Source: Bacteroidales bacterium
GTDB taxonomy: Bacteria; Bacteroidota; Bacteroidia; Bacteroidales; VadinHA17
Assembly (NCBI GenBank): GCA_036261255.1
Contig: DATALD010000073.1
Coordinates: 12,653-76,652 of the forward strand
Direction of reading: 5' to 3'
DNA: 64,000 bases
In this document: positions 46,387 to 56,040 of the stretch, piece after piece
Numbering within the stretch: position 1 is the stretch's first letter
How the letters are laid out: each line of letters opens with the position of its first letter
Notes under the pieces: model-generated
Database searches by the model: none
Told to the model about the DNA's origin: nothing
The model's input: only the letters and a program-made list of their open reading frames with translations
Position numbers and translations under genes: made by a program

Positions 46387-47358
46387 TCATTGTGACCATT
46401 CCTGCCTCTTTCTTACCCAACGATGTTTGTGGAGCTCGGCCATGAGAGTTTCAGCTAATGGGCCGTCATCGGATGTTGTAAGGTTTGATCTGACATGACT
46501 GCTTTTTCGCATACCAGGAATTATAGTACTTATTGCTTGTTCCCATAGTATGAAGCGCAAAGCCATCTCCGGCATTGTCATTCCTTCCGGTACCAGGGGT
46601 TTCAGTGCCTCAGCGCGATCAACGCTGGCATTTAGATTTTCAGGCACGAAATAGCTGTTCCTCCAGTCACCCTCAGGCCAATGGCTTTCTTTTGTGAGAG
46701 TACCTGTTAGTGTGCCTTCATCGAAAGGGACCCTTGCAATCACTCCAACATTCATTTCCCTGCAGGCAGGGAAAAGTTCATCCTGTGGATTCTGATCGAA
46801 GATGTTGTAGACTACCTGTACGCTGTCGATCAATCCGCTTTTAACAGCTCTTATCCCGTTGCTTGGTTCCCACCTGTTTATACTGATACCTATTGCATGA
46901 AAAAAACCTTGTTCTTTCAGTTTGAGCATCTGGTTTATTGCCCTGTCGTCATTAAGCCAGTTATCCTCCCAGGTGTGAAACTGAACAAGATCAAAAAAAT
47001 CGAGCCCCGAATTCTTAAGGCTGCTTTCAACGTATCTGATTATATGATCGGGAGGGAAGCAATCGTCAAGTGCATATTCGGGCCGGCTTGGCCATTTAAA
47101 GTTTTTTGGAGGTATCTTGGTCGCAGTGTATAGTTTTTTATCAGCATTTGCCCTGACAAGTTTTCCAAGCAGCTTCTCACTTTTTGCAGGACCATAAACC
47201 CATGCGGTATCGAAGAAGTTGCACCCAAGGTCAACTGCAAGCTGAAGCGATTCAAGTGATTCCTCATCATCCGAGCCGGTCCATGCTCCCATACCCCACA
47301 TGCCATATCCAATCTCGCTGACAGGAAAACCTGTCCTTCCAAGTTTTCTATATTTCAT
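46387..47358 (-). CDS. Aldo/keto reductase
   Basis: MKYRKLGRTGFPVSEIGYGMW...FFDTAWVYG...the AKR fold throughout. I prefer the ATG at 47358 over the track start at 47388. Confidence 0.9.
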   Translation of the reverse strand: MKYRKLGRTGFPVSEIGYGMWGMGAWTGSDDEESLESLQLAVDLGCNFFDTAWVYGPAKSEKLLGKLVRANADKKLYTATKIPPKNFKWPSRPEYALDDCFPPDHIIRYVESSLKNSGLDFFDLVQFHTWEDNWLNDDRAINQMLKLKEQGFFHAIGISINRWEPSNGIRAVKSGLIDSVQVVYNIFDQNPQDELFPACREMNVGVIARVPFDEGTLTGTLTKESHWPEGDWRNSYFVPENLNASVDRAEALKPLVPEGMTMPEMALRFILWEQAISTIIPGMRKSSHVRSNLTTSDDGPLAETLMAELHKHRWVRKRQEWSQ

Positions 47359-47368
47359 CAAATCTGAT

Positions 47369-47551
47369 TTAGACCGTAATATGCACATTTTCCCGCATAC
47401 TTACAAGGCATTCTATCTGCCTGGGTGTAAGTGTTCTTTTCCACTTATAATATTTTTTCATTGATCTGATGAAATTATTTTGAGAGTATGTTAACTGATC
47501 ATGGTTTGCTTCGAAAAACCTGAATACCTGTTTTATCTCTTTTGTTCCCAT
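47369..47551 (-). CDS. Small hypothetical protein (~60 aa) upstream of the AKR gene
   Basis: Non-low-complexity ORF (MGTKEIKQVFRFFEANHDQLTYSQNNFIRSMKKYYKWKRTLTPRQIECLVSM). It ends 10 bp before the AKR start. No family recognised. Confidence 0.35.
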   Translation of the reverse strand: MGTKEIKQVFRFFEANHDQLTYSQNNFIRSMKKYYKWKRTLTPRQIECLVSMRENVHITV

Positions 47552-47631
47552 ATCCCTTTTGTTTAAGCTGCAGGTTGACATGGCGAAAATATGACAGTAT
47601 CCTGAAGTTAAGATTAAAACTAAATTAAGTT

Positions 47632-47679
47632 GGGATGAAGATGGGATTAGTACTGGGTTCTGGGCACTGGGGTCCTGGG
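47632..47679 (+). repeat. G-tract cluster / canonical G-quadruplex motif
   Basis: GGGTTCTGGGCACTGGGGTCCTGGG at 47655-47679, plus two more GGG tracts at 47632-47634 and 47643-47645. It lies within a degenerate ~7-bp CTGGGTT-type repeat. Confidence 0.8.
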
Positions 47680-47803
47680 TTCCCAGGTTCTGGTTCTGGC
47701 AACCTAGTAACTAGCACCCAGTTTTAAGTTTTTTTAAACATCTGCATATACAAGTTATCCGAAATTCTTGCTATCCTTGTGGTTCAAACTAAATAAAACC
47801 ACA

Positions 47804-49558
47804 ATGCAATCAGGTAAATTCGATATCAGCAAGCTTAAAGGTAAATTAGGCCGCGTCAGAGATTGGATGATCAGCCATCATTTGCCACCAAAAGTACTCT
47901 TCATTCTGATGGGTATAATTTCAACAATCTGGTTCCTTATAAGGGTTATACCAAAACCAACAAGGGCAACATATCCATGTATGAGAGTTGCTGCTCCTTT
48001 TATGTCGGGTTTGGTAGCTTACTTATTAGCTGTGGCCGGGTTCACATCAATTTCGAGAATATCAAAACGCAAGATTATGAATGTTAGGTATGCTGCTACA
48101 TTCACGCTTGTGTTAGGTGTTGTAGTTGCAATGGCAGTTGCTCCCCAGAGCAGCCAGACTCAGAATGAAAAGGCACCTGTGAAACTTGGTCCCGATGATG
48201 GTCCAAATCAGCCAATTGGAAAAGCTATGGGTATTAATCCCGGAAGAGTTGTATGGGTATGGAATCCAGATGCAACTAACGAAAAATTCGAACATAATGA
48301 TTATGATAATTACAATTTTTACTGTAGTACTCAAAACAATAATCCTGAGGTTATCAGCAAGATGTTTCAGGATGGTATGCTGAAGCTTACCGGTAAGAAG
48401 AATGTTAAAAAATCATGGGAATCAGTTTTCCGTTATTTCAATACGAAGAAATTCAATAAGGATAAGAGCTACACAAAAGGGGAGAAGATTTTTATTAAAA
48501 TCAACCAGGGACAATCAAGATGGGTTCTAAACCAGGCTGATAAGGATAATGGCTTTTATATACCCAAAAATCTTACAAACTCTCAGGCAGACGAAAGAAG
48601 GAAGAGAGATATGATTCCGACTGAAAATGGACCTTATGTTGTGCTTGAACTCCTAAGGGAACTTGTTAACGAGGTAGGTGTTGCGCAGGAAGATATATCA
48701 ATCGGCGATCCAATGTGTCCGATCTGGGGTCACAACTATGAAGTTTGGGCGAAAGAGTTTCCGAATGTTAAGTACATCGATAAAAACACTACAAAATTTG
48801 GTCGCACACAAATAAAACTAACTGATACAGAAGTTCTTTTCTATTCAGATAAAAAGACAAAAGACAAATTGTATGATGTAACTGTTAACGCAAATTATCT
48901 TATAAACCTTACAACATTTAAAGCTCATGGGGCTGCAGGTGTTTCTCTTACAGCAAAGAGTCACTTTGGAAATGTTGGAAGAGGAACAGCTAACCATCTG
49001 CACTATTCCCACATTGCTGCAAGAAGAGAAGGTACGCCCGATAACTATGGTTATAAAAAATACAGAGTATTTGTTGACCTAATGGGAAGTAAGTACCTGG
49101 GACAAAACACTCTGATCTGGTTGGTTGACGGATTGTTCGGTGGTGGATCAAGTGAGATTAAAGGTCCTGTTAAATACTTTATGGCGCCATTTAATAATGA
49201 CTGGTCAAACTCTATTTTCATGTCACTTGACCCTGTCGCCATAGAATCAGTTGGCTATGATTTCCTCAGAGAAGAATGGAACGGGAATCGTAAGCATGAT
49301 GCTGTTAATAATGATTGGGAATCAATGGCTGCAACAAATGGTGTCGACGACTATATGCACCAGGCTGCAGATCCAGCCAACTGGCCTGAAGGAATAAAAT
49401 ATGATCCGGATAATAGTGGTACCCTTGTTCCTGTACTTGGTGTTCATGAGCATTGGAATAACCCGGTTGATAAACAGTATTCACGCAACCTTGGTAAAGG
49501 AAATGGCATAGAACTTGTATCAATACCTGAGAATCTGGTTAAACAATCCAGGAATTAG
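47804..49558 (+). CDS. Membrane-anchored DUF362-like protein
   Basis: N-terminal TM helices. GEKIFIKINQG and INLTTFKAHGAAGVSLTAKSHFGNVG resemble DUF362 motifs. The track ORF starts at a TTG at 47768, and I prefer the ATG at 47804. Confidence 0.5.
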   Translation: MQSGKFDISKLKGKLGRVRDWMISHHLPPKVLFILMGIISTIWFLIRVIPKPTRATYPCMRVAAPFMSGLVAYLLAVAGFTSISRISKRKIMNVRYAATFTLVLGVVVAMAVAPQSSQTQNEKAPVKLGPDDGPNQPIGKAMGINPGRVVWVWNPDATNEKFEHNDYDNYNFYCSTQNNNPEVISKMFQDGMLKLTGKKNVKKSWESVFRYFNTKKFNKDKSYTKGEKIFIKINQGQSRWVLNQADKDNGFYIPKNLTNSQADERRKRDMIPTENGPYVVLELLRELVNEVGVAQEDISIGDPMCPIWGHNYEVWAKEFPNVKYIDKNTTKFGRTQIKLTDTEVLFYSDKKTKDKLYDVTVNANYLINLTTFKAHGAAGVSLTAKSHFGNVGRGTANHLHYSHIAARREGTPDNYGYKKYRVFVDLMGSKYLGQNTLIWLVDGLFGGGSSEIKGPVKYFMAPFNNDWSNSIFMSLDPVAIESVGYDFLREEWNGNRKHDAVNNDWESMAATNGVDDYMHQAADPANWPEGIKYDPDNSGTLVPVLGVHEHWNNPVDKQYSRNLGKGNGIELVSIPENLVKQSRN

Positions 49559-49639
49559 ATTAACTTTGTAGACTAATTTTAACAATTGACCCTGGAGATT
49601 TTTAATTCTTCAGGGTCTTTTAACGCTAAAACATATAAT

Positions 49640-50668
49640 ATGAAAAAGCACATTCTTCGTTTTACATTTGTTTTCTTTCTAACAGGATTACTTACATCAT
49701 CAGGATTTGGACAGGTACAATCTTTTGGCGCTGGAATAACTGCAAAGAAGTTTCATGCAGCTACGGTTGATGGTAATAATGTTGTTTGGTTCCTGTCCGA
49801 TGCCGGAATCGTAAGTTTTGATGGAGCCAAATGGAATCTCCATAACGCTAACAGCAAGGTTCCCCAGAATGAATTGAAAGCCATTTCCAATGACCTTTCA
49901 GATGGTAATGTTCTATGGATTGCAACTCCAAAAGGAGCAACCGCAGCCAAAGCTCCTGTTGATGCAAATGCTGAAGCAACAACCTATGTCGCTACTAATT
50001 CAAAACTTCTCAGCGAGAACATCCTTTCACTTGTAGTAGGGAAACCGGGGTTAAGATGGTTTGGAACTGATAAGGGAATATTTGCATTCGATAAAGCAAA
50101 ATGGCTCGACAATACTTATCTTGATAAGTATCCTGAAGATCTTTTTGTTGATTATCCTATTACATCAATGGCTACCAGTCCTGATGGTGATTCACTTTAT
50201 GCAGGCACAATTGGTGGTGGCGTTTTCAGAGTATACAAAAACGAGGTTGATGGTATCTCAGGAGCTTCAGAATATGCAGAATGGGGTCCTATAATCATGC
50301 CATCAGATGATGTTTATTGCGTTCACATAGCTTCAGACGGTACCCAGTGGATTGGAACTGATAAAGGAATTGCCAAACATAAAGGCGGCAATACTCTCGA
50401 AGGATGGACAGTATATGCAAAGGCTGATGGACTTGTTGATGATTTTGTACAGGCAATATCTTCAGATAAAAAAGGTAACATTTATTTCGGAACAAAAGCT
50501 GGCCTGTCAGTATTCAACGGAACAACCTGGACCAGCTATAAAACAGATAGCGGACTTGCGAGTGATAATATTCTATCGATAGTTACAGATAAAAACGATA
50601 GTGTATGGATTGGGACAGATAATGGTATTAGCTGTTTCAAAGGAGGTAAGTTCACAACTTACAGGTAA
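49640..50668 (+). CDS. Secreted beta-propeller protein with two-component-regulator-propeller (Reg_prop)-type repeats
   Basis: Signal peptide. Repeats such as WFGTDKGIFAFD, WIGTDKGIAKH, YFGTKAGLSVFNG and WIGTDNGISCF. I prefer the ATG at 49640. Confidence 0.7.
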   Translation: MKKHILRFTFVFFLTGLLTSSGFGQVQSFGAGITAKKFHAATVDGNNVVWFLSDAGIVSFDGAKWNLHNANSKVPQNELKAISNDLSDGNVLWIATPKGATAAKAPVDANAEATTYVATNSKLLSENILSLVVGKPGLRWFGTDKGIFAFDKAKWLDNTYLDKYPEDLFVDYPITSMATSPDGDSLYAGTIGGGVFRVYKNEVDGISGASEYAEWGPIIMPSDDVYCVHIASDGTQWIGTDKGIAKHKGGNTLEGWTVYAKADGLVDDFVQAISSDKKGNIYFGTKAGLSVFNGTTWTSYKTDSGLASDNILSIVTDKNDSVWIGTDNGISCFKGGKFTTYR

Positions 50669-50688
50669 GCATCAAAGGAAATATATAA

Positions 50689-50716
50689 ATAGAGGCGCCT
50701 TTAAAGCGCCTCTATT
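50689..50716. terminator. Bidirectional hairpin terminator between convergent genes
   Basis: aatagaggcgc / gcgcctctatt stem (>=10 bp) with a 7-nt loop, flanked by A/T-rich runs. It overlaps the last codons of the minus-strand gene at 50701-51156. Confidence 0.55.
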
Positions 50717-51156
50717 TTATTATCACCTTTAATGTTTTCCCACTTTTCAATTTGACCGGCTACAGCCCGGAAGAGAGGATGTGTTTCAAATGCAGTTGTT
50801 TTCTTAAGCTCTTCGAGTTTATTTTTGTCCCGCGTTTCCAGTTTTTTTCTTAAGTGCAGTACCTCATAGCTTAACTGTTCTGATGTAACATTCATTTTGA
50901 TTTCTGTAAAGTTCCAGCTGATCTTTTGTTTATCAAAATTATAATTCCTCTTTACAGCTTCTGAATATACATGTGACAGGTATTGATTTATTGCTGCAAC
51001 CGGGTTTTGCAATTCTCTAAACCTGAGAAGTTGTGAATGATTTTTGTAACCCATGGTCTTACCTTCCAAAACCCGCTTTGCCAATAAAGCCTCCCTCCAT
51101 AATGCAACAAGACCTTTTTTGTCGAGATATTTCGGATGTAATGACCAGAGCCTCAT
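50701..51156 (-). CDS. Pyrimidine-dimer DNA glycosylase / endonuclease V-like protein
   Basis: MRLWSLHPKYLDKKGLVALWREALLAKRVL...GYKNHSQLLRF. Confidence 0.8.
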   Translation of the reverse strand: MRLWSLHPKYLDKKGLVALWREALLAKRVLEGKTMGYKNHSQLLRFRELQNPVAAINQYLSHVYSEAVKRNYNFDKQKISWNFTEIKMNVTSEQLSYEVLHLRKKLETRDKNKLEELKKTTAFETHPLFRAVAGQIEKWENIKGDNKIEAL

Positions 51157-52082
51157 CGTATTTTTTCAGATAATATATCTTCCAGGGCACTTTCGAGATC
51201 GGCAAATTTAAACCTGTAACCGGCATTGACAATATTTTCAGAACTTACTCTACTACCATTTAGCAGGATTCCTGACATTTCACCGAAAATTGTTTTAAAT
51301 AGAAACTCCGGTATCTTAATAAACAATAATCGTTTTTTCAGGGCAATTGCCAGGGCTTTCATTATATCCTTGTTTGTCTTGTGATCAGGCGCAACAGCAT
51401 TATAAGGTCCATTCATACATTTATCTTCAATTGCCTTGATGTAGATATCGCACAGGTCATCAATATGAATCCAGGGCATGAATTGTTTCCCGTTCCCAAT
51501 TACAAGTGCGAATCCTGATCTGGCAGGTTTAAGAATATTCGCAAACGCTCCTCTTTCTTTTCCAAGAACAACTGCAGTCCTGATCTTTACCGTTCTTATA
51601 CCCGACCTTGCAAAATTCTCAGCCGCTTCTTCCCATTTCCTGCAAACCTCACCAAGAAAATCATTTGAAGACGTATCTGTTTCAGAGTAGATCTTGTCTG
51701 TTGTCTTCAATCCGTAATACCCAATTGCTGAGGCAGAAATAAAAGCATTCAGTTTAGTATTTGTTTTATTTATTTTATTAAGAATCATCCTGCTGGTTTT
51801 AACTCTGCTATCAATTATTAATTGTTTCCTTTTTTTTGTCCATCTTTTTTCTCCAATATTTGCTCCGGCAAGATGAATGATATAATCAGCTGTTTCAATT
51901 GCGCCTTTTTCGATTTCATCATTTTCGATGTCCCAGGAATAACTTAAGATACCAGAATTTTTTTGACTTGTTCTTCCCAGAAAAGAAACCTCATATCCTC
52001 TGTTTACCAGTTTAGCTGAGAGATATTTGCCGATAAAGCCAGTTCCGCCGCTGATTAAAACTTTTTCTTTCATATTAAACAA
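51153..52082 (-). CDS. NAD-dependent epimerase-like oxidoreductase (TIGR01777/YfcH-type)
   Basis: ISGGTGFIGKYLSAKLVNRGYEV Rossmann motif and a C-terminal DUF1731-like tail (LLNGSRVSSENIVNAGYRFKF). Confidence 0.8.
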   Translation of the reverse strand: MFNMKEKVLISGGTGFIGKYLSAKLVNRGYEVSFLGRTSQKNSGILSYSWDIENDEIEKGAIETADYIIHLAGANIGEKRWTKKRKQLIIDSRVKTSRMILNKINKTNTKLNAFISASAIGYYGLKTTDKIYSETDTSSNDFLGEVCRKWEEAAENFARSGIRTVKIRTAVVLGKERGAFANILKPARSGFALVIGNGKQFMPWIHIDDLCDIYIKAIEDKCMNGPYNAVAPDHKTNKDIMKALAIALKKRLLFIKIPEFLFKTIFGEMSGILLNGSRVSSENIVNAGYRFKFADLESALEDILSEKIR

Positions 52083-52201
52083 AAGATAAGATGAACACCT
52101 GATAAATTATCGAAATATATCTCTGATATTCAATTATATACCTTTTTATATTCTGGAACGATCTATAATTTTGGGGTTTGGGGCCATATAGTATTTATTA
52201 T

Positions 52202-52222
52202 GAAATTTGCAGGGCAAATTTC
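52202..52222. repeat. Perfect 9-bp inverted repeat with 3-nt spacer (gaaatttgc agg gcaaatttc), followed by T6
   Basis: Read directly. It lies in the 300-bp gene-free gap. Confidence 0.8.
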
Positions 52223-52338
52223 TTTTTTACAAAGATACAATCAATTTATTTACCGGGTCGCAATACATTGCGTCTCTACCATTTCCCAAAATGTCATTTC
52301 CCAAAAACATAGGGAAATTGTTTCAAATCGACAAAGAC

Positions 52339-52378
52339 AAAAAAATCCTGCAATCATTCAGAATACAGGATTTTTTTT
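52339..52378. terminator. Bidirectional terminator just 3' of tRNA-Ala
   Basis: A7 - aatcctg (52344-52350) - 15-nt loop - caggatt (52366-52372) - T8. Confidence 0.65.
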
Positions 52379-52386
52379 ATCATTTG

Positions 52387-52460
52387 TGGAGATTAGGAGA
52401 ATCGAACTCCTGACCTTTTGACTGCCAGTCAAACGCTCTAGCCAACTGAGCTAAACCCCC
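52387..52460 (-). tRNA. tRNA-Ala (anticodon GGC)
   Basis: The reverse complement is GGGGGTTTAGCTCAGTTGGCTAGAGCGTTTGACTGGCAGTCAAAAGGTCAGGAGTTCGATTCTCCTAATCTCCA. It folds as a clean cloverleaf with a G3:U70 identity pair, anticodon loop CTGGCAG and T-loop TTCGATT. CCA is not encoded. Confidence 0.95.
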
Positions 52461-52656
52461 ATATATATCGCAAATGTAAGTAAAAAAGATCAAATATCGT
52501 GTTTTGTTTTAATATCTGCTTTTTGTTGTAATTATCATATATTGTATAAGCATTGGCAATTTTGTAATTTTGCATCTTCATTTTGTTTACTTTTTCAATA
52601 AAGTATATTGGCACTATTATTGACAGGAGCTCCCCTTAAAGGAGTATTATACAGGA

Positions 52657-53439
52657 ATGTTCGATAATCTTAGGAACATAATGAATTTTGATGAAACCTT
52701 GTTCGAAAACCGGAACAAGGATTATGGCGCTTACCAGTTAAGGAAGAAATATAACTCTATCTTAACCTGGAGCATTATGGTTGCGGCTCTAATCTTCTGT
52801 GCTATCATAATAATGCCATTTATAACGCGACTCCATGATGAAAAAATCTATTCAGGTGGTGGTGGATACGTATCTGTTCAAATGGAGTCATTTGAACCAC
52901 CTGAAGCTATCTATATACCGCCTACGGCTCCCCCTCCACCACCAGAGAAGGTAAGGGAAGTTGTCAGTTATGTACCTCCTGTAATTGTTGACAGTGTTGA
53001 AGAAGTAAACTCACTCCTGCCAACATCAGATGAGCTTTCTGATATCACTTTCGATGAAACTGAAATTACCAGCTACGGTTCGGGTGGGGACTTTACAGGA
53101 ATGGAAGGTGGGGTTCCTGGTGATGAGCCTTTCTCATTTGTCGAAATAATGCCTACATTCAGGGGAGGAGACATAGAGAAGTTTCGGGAATGGGTAATAA
53201 GAAACACAAACTATCCCCAGGAAGCAGTCAATAGAAAAATCAGGGGGAAGGTTTACCTGACTTTTATCGTCGAAACAGATGGATCTGTAAGTAACGTAAC
53301 TGTTGTTCAAGGTGTTGACCCGCTTATCGATGTTGAAGCAGTAAAAGCAATTCAGGCATCCCCCAAATGGACGCCAGGAATGCAAAGAGGGAAACCTGTA
53401 AGGGTAAGGTATTCAATACCCCTTAATTTCCTGCTTTAA
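52657..53439 (+). CDS. Energy transducer TonB
   Basis: N-terminal TM, Pro-rich linker (PPTAPPPPPEK) and a TonB C-terminal domain (AVNRKIRGKVYLTFIVETDGSVSNVTVVQGVDPLIDVEAVKAI...PGMQRGKPVRVRYSIPLNF). Confidence 0.85.
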   Translation: MFDNLRNIMNFDETLFENRNKDYGAYQLRKKYNSILTWSIMVAALIFCAIIIMPFITRLHDEKIYSGGGGYVSVQMESFEPPEAIYIPPTAPPPPPEKVREVVSYVPPVIVDSVEEVNSLLPTSDELSDITFDETEITSYGSGGDFTGMEGGVPGDEPFSFVEIMPTFRGGDIEKFREWVIRNTNYPQEAVNRKIRGKVYLTFIVETDGSVSNVTVVQGVDPLIDVEAVKAIQASPKWTPGMQRGKPVRVRYSIPLNFLL

Positions 53440-53512
53440 TTCACCCGTATCTACACCTGTTTTTTTTCTCACTGATTTTCTTACCTTAGTCACCATAACC
53501 AACAGGATTTAT

Positions 53513-54685
53513 ATGCGAAAAATTTTACCTTTTTTCTTCGTATTGACAATTCTCCTCGCCGGATGCGGTTCGTCAAAGAAACAGCTGCAGAGAGGGAATT
53601 ATGATGCCGCAATTGGCCAGGCAGTGAAAGACCTGCGCAGGAACCCGAGAGACGAAAAACAGGCTGAAATCCTTTCACAGTCGTTTAGGATTGCTAACGA
53701 TCAGGACAATGAAAGATTGAGAATTCTCAAAATTGAAGGTCGTGCAAACGCATGGGATGAAATATATCTCATATATAGAGCTCTTAATGACAGGCAAGCC
53801 CTCGTTAAGACTGTGACACCTATTAATACTAAGGGAGGAACAATAGACTTTCCCTATGTAGACTATGTACCTGAGATGGTAAATGCTAAAAGAAAAGCCG
53901 CAGAATTCTACTATGCCCATGGCAATGAGCTCATGAAAAACAGGTTAAAGGATTCATACAGGCAGGCATTTGCTGAGTTCGTTCGCGCTAAAGAATATGT
54001 TGGCGACTATGAAGGTATTGACCAGAAAATAATTGATGCAAAATATCTTGGAATGAGCAGGGTCCTCATCACTGTCAGGAATAGTTCAATTCTCAAGTTT
54101 CCTGCTGAGTTTGAACGTGATCTTCTTGCACTTGATCTTCCTTCATTAAATTCAGACTGGGTTGAATATCATACTCAGGACCCTGGCGAGGATACCCAGT
54201 TTGATTATTATATTAATGTTAATATTAAAGATATTGTTGTCAGTCCCGACAATCAGGAACAGAGAGACTCAGTATTCAAAAAAGAAATTGAAGATGGGTT
54301 CTCGTATGTGCTTGACAAGAAGGGAAACGTAATGAAGGATACACTTGGTAATGATATAAAGCAAAAGAAATACAAGACTGTTCAGTGTGCACTTGTTGAG
54401 ACAGTTCAATCAAAAGGCTGTCAGATAATTGGTGATGTAGAAGTTTTACAGTTGAATCCTGCAAAAACAATTAAAAAAGATCCGATTGGAGCTGAATCAG
54501 TATTCGAAAATGTTTCGTCGCGCGCATTGGGTGATCTCCAGGCTTTGAATGCTGAACAGGTTGCAAGGACAAAGACTGCAATTGTTCCGTTCCCTTCAAA
54601 TATAGAGATGGTCATGCGTTGCTCCGAATCATTGAAAATGGCAATAAGAGGAGCAATACAAAGCGATAGGAGATTCATCCTTTAG
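53513..54685 (+). CDS. Hypothetical lipoprotein
   Basis: Lipobox LLAGCGSS. No family recognised. Confidence 0.5.
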   Translation: MRKILPFFFVLTILLAGCGSSKKQLQRGNYDAAIGQAVKDLRRNPRDEKQAEILSQSFRIANDQDNERLRILKIEGRANAWDEIYLIYRALNDRQALVKTVTPINTKGGTIDFPYVDYVPEMVNAKRKAAEFYYAHGNELMKNRLKDSYRQAFAEFVRAKEYVGDYEGIDQKIIDAKYLGMSRVLITVRNSSILKFPAEFERDLLALDLPSLNSDWVEYHTQDPGEDTQFDYYINVNIKDIVVSPDNQEQRDSVFKKEIEDGFSYVLDKKGNVMKDTLGNDIKQKKYKTVQCALVETVQSKGCQIIGDVEVLQLNPAKTIKKDPIGAESVFENVSSRALGDLQALNAEQVARTKTAIVPFPSNIEMVMRCSESLKMAIRGAIQSDRRFIL

Positions 54686-54753
54686 CAAGGATATAAACTT
54701 TTAATCCATGAATATGCCGCAAAATGAGTAATTTTGCGACATATTTTTTGTAA

Positions 54754-55980
54754 ATGATTGATAATAATATAGCTACAACTGAGAAGGCAGTTCTTATTGG
54801 TGTTAACTATCCCGGGCAGGATGAAACAGAAGTAGAGGATTATCTCGACGAACTTGCTTTTCTTGCAAAAACGGCAGGAGCTATTCCCATTAAAAGATTT
54901 ACCCAGAAAATTGATGCGCCAAATCCCCGAACCCTTCTAGGATCGGGCAAAATCGAAGAAATTGCTGAGTTCATCAAAGATAACGGGATAGATATTGCAA
55001 TATTCGACGATGAGCTTTTCCCAAGCCAAATCCGTAATATTGAGGGCGTTTTTGGGTGCAGGATACTTGACCGTACAAACCTCATACTCGACATTTTTGC
55101 TCACCATGCAAGAACATCGTATGCAAGAACCCAGGTTGAACTTGCTCAATATAAATACCTGCTTCCAAGGCTGACCGGTATGTGGACACACCTTGAAAGA
55201 CAAAGAGGAGGTATTGGCTTAAGGGGTCCTGGTGAAACCGAAATTGAAACTGACCGCCGGATAATAAGGGAGAAAATTGCACTTTTGAAAGAGCAACTCA
55301 AAAAAATTGATACCCAGATGGCAACCCAGCGTAAAAGCCGCGGTAAAATGGTGAGGGTAGCTCTTGTCGGATATACTAATGTTGGGAAATCAACAATAAT
55401 GAATCTCCTTAGTAAATCGGATGTTAAAGCTGAGGATAAGCTTTTTGCCACACTAGATACTACAGTCAGGAAAGTTGTTATAGGGAACCTTCCTTTCCTT
55501 CTTTCGGATACGGTTGGCTTTATTCGGAAGCTTCCTCACGATCTTGTCGAGTCGTTTAAATCAACGCTTGATGAAGTTAGGGAATCAGATCTGCTTCTTC
55601 ATATTGTTGATATATCTCATAAAGGATTTGAAGAGCAGATAAAGGTTGTTAACGAAACTTTAAAAGAGCTCAATGCATTCAATAAACCAACACTGGTAAT
55701 ATTTAATAAAGTTGATGCTTTTAAATACAATGCAAAGGATGAATATGACCTTACACCTGTACTTAAAGAAAACTATTCACTCGACGACCTGAAAAGATCA
55801 TGGATGGCTTCCGAATCGCATCACAAAACAGTATTTGTTTCAGCAAAGACGAAGGAGAATGTTGAGGAATTGCGAAAAATATTGTATGAAGAGGTGAGGA
55901 AGATACATGTGAAACGGTATCCATACAACAACTTCCTTTTCGATGTGCCGCCTGATTTTTCAGATCCGGCAATTGAATAA
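54754..55980 (+). CDS. hflX: GTPase HflX
   Basis: The HflX N-domain, then G1 GYTNVGKST, DTVGF and NKVD. Confidence 0.95.
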   Translation: MIDNNIATTEKAVLIGVNYPGQDETEVEDYLDELAFLAKTAGAIPIKRFTQKIDAPNPRTLLGSGKIEEIAEFIKDNGIDIAIFDDELFPSQIRNIEGVFGCRILDRTNLILDIFAHHARTSYARTQVELAQYKYLLPRLTGMWTHLERQRGGIGLRGPGETEIETDRRIIREKIALLKEQLKKIDTQMATQRKSRGKMVRVALVGYTNVGKSTIMNLLSKSDVKAEDKLFATLDTTVRKVVIGNLPFLLSDTVGFIRKLPHDLVESFKSTLDEVRESDLLLHIVDISHKGFEEQIKVVNETLKELNAFNKPTLVIFNKVDAFKYNAKDEYDLTPVLKENYSLDDLKRSWMASESHHKTVFVSAKTKENVEELRKILYEEVRKIHVKRYPYNNFLFDVPPDFSDPAIE

Positions 55981-56040
55981 AAAAAGATGGCTGCAAAGAA
56001 ATATCAATGAGCCACCTTTAAATGTTTTAAAAAACTTTTC

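Noticed and set aside
52200-52421. Two overlapping ~70-aa plus-strand ORFs
   Set aside because: They run across the terminator hairpin and into the tRNA gene on the opposite strand. They have no motifs and are treated as non-coding.
52387-52460. tRNA-Ala as the attachment site of an integrated element (with the 33.7-46.4 kb locus or neighbouring genes as cargo)
   Set aside because: I saw no integrase, excisionase or transposase gene, and I did not notice a direct repeat of the tRNA 3' half elsewhere in the window. The flanking genes are ordinary housekeeping or metabolic genes.
55981-56040. Possible bidirectional terminator between hflX and asd
   Set aside because: Only a 5-6 bp interrupted stem (tggct...agcca) with a 17-nt loop. 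It is too weak to call.
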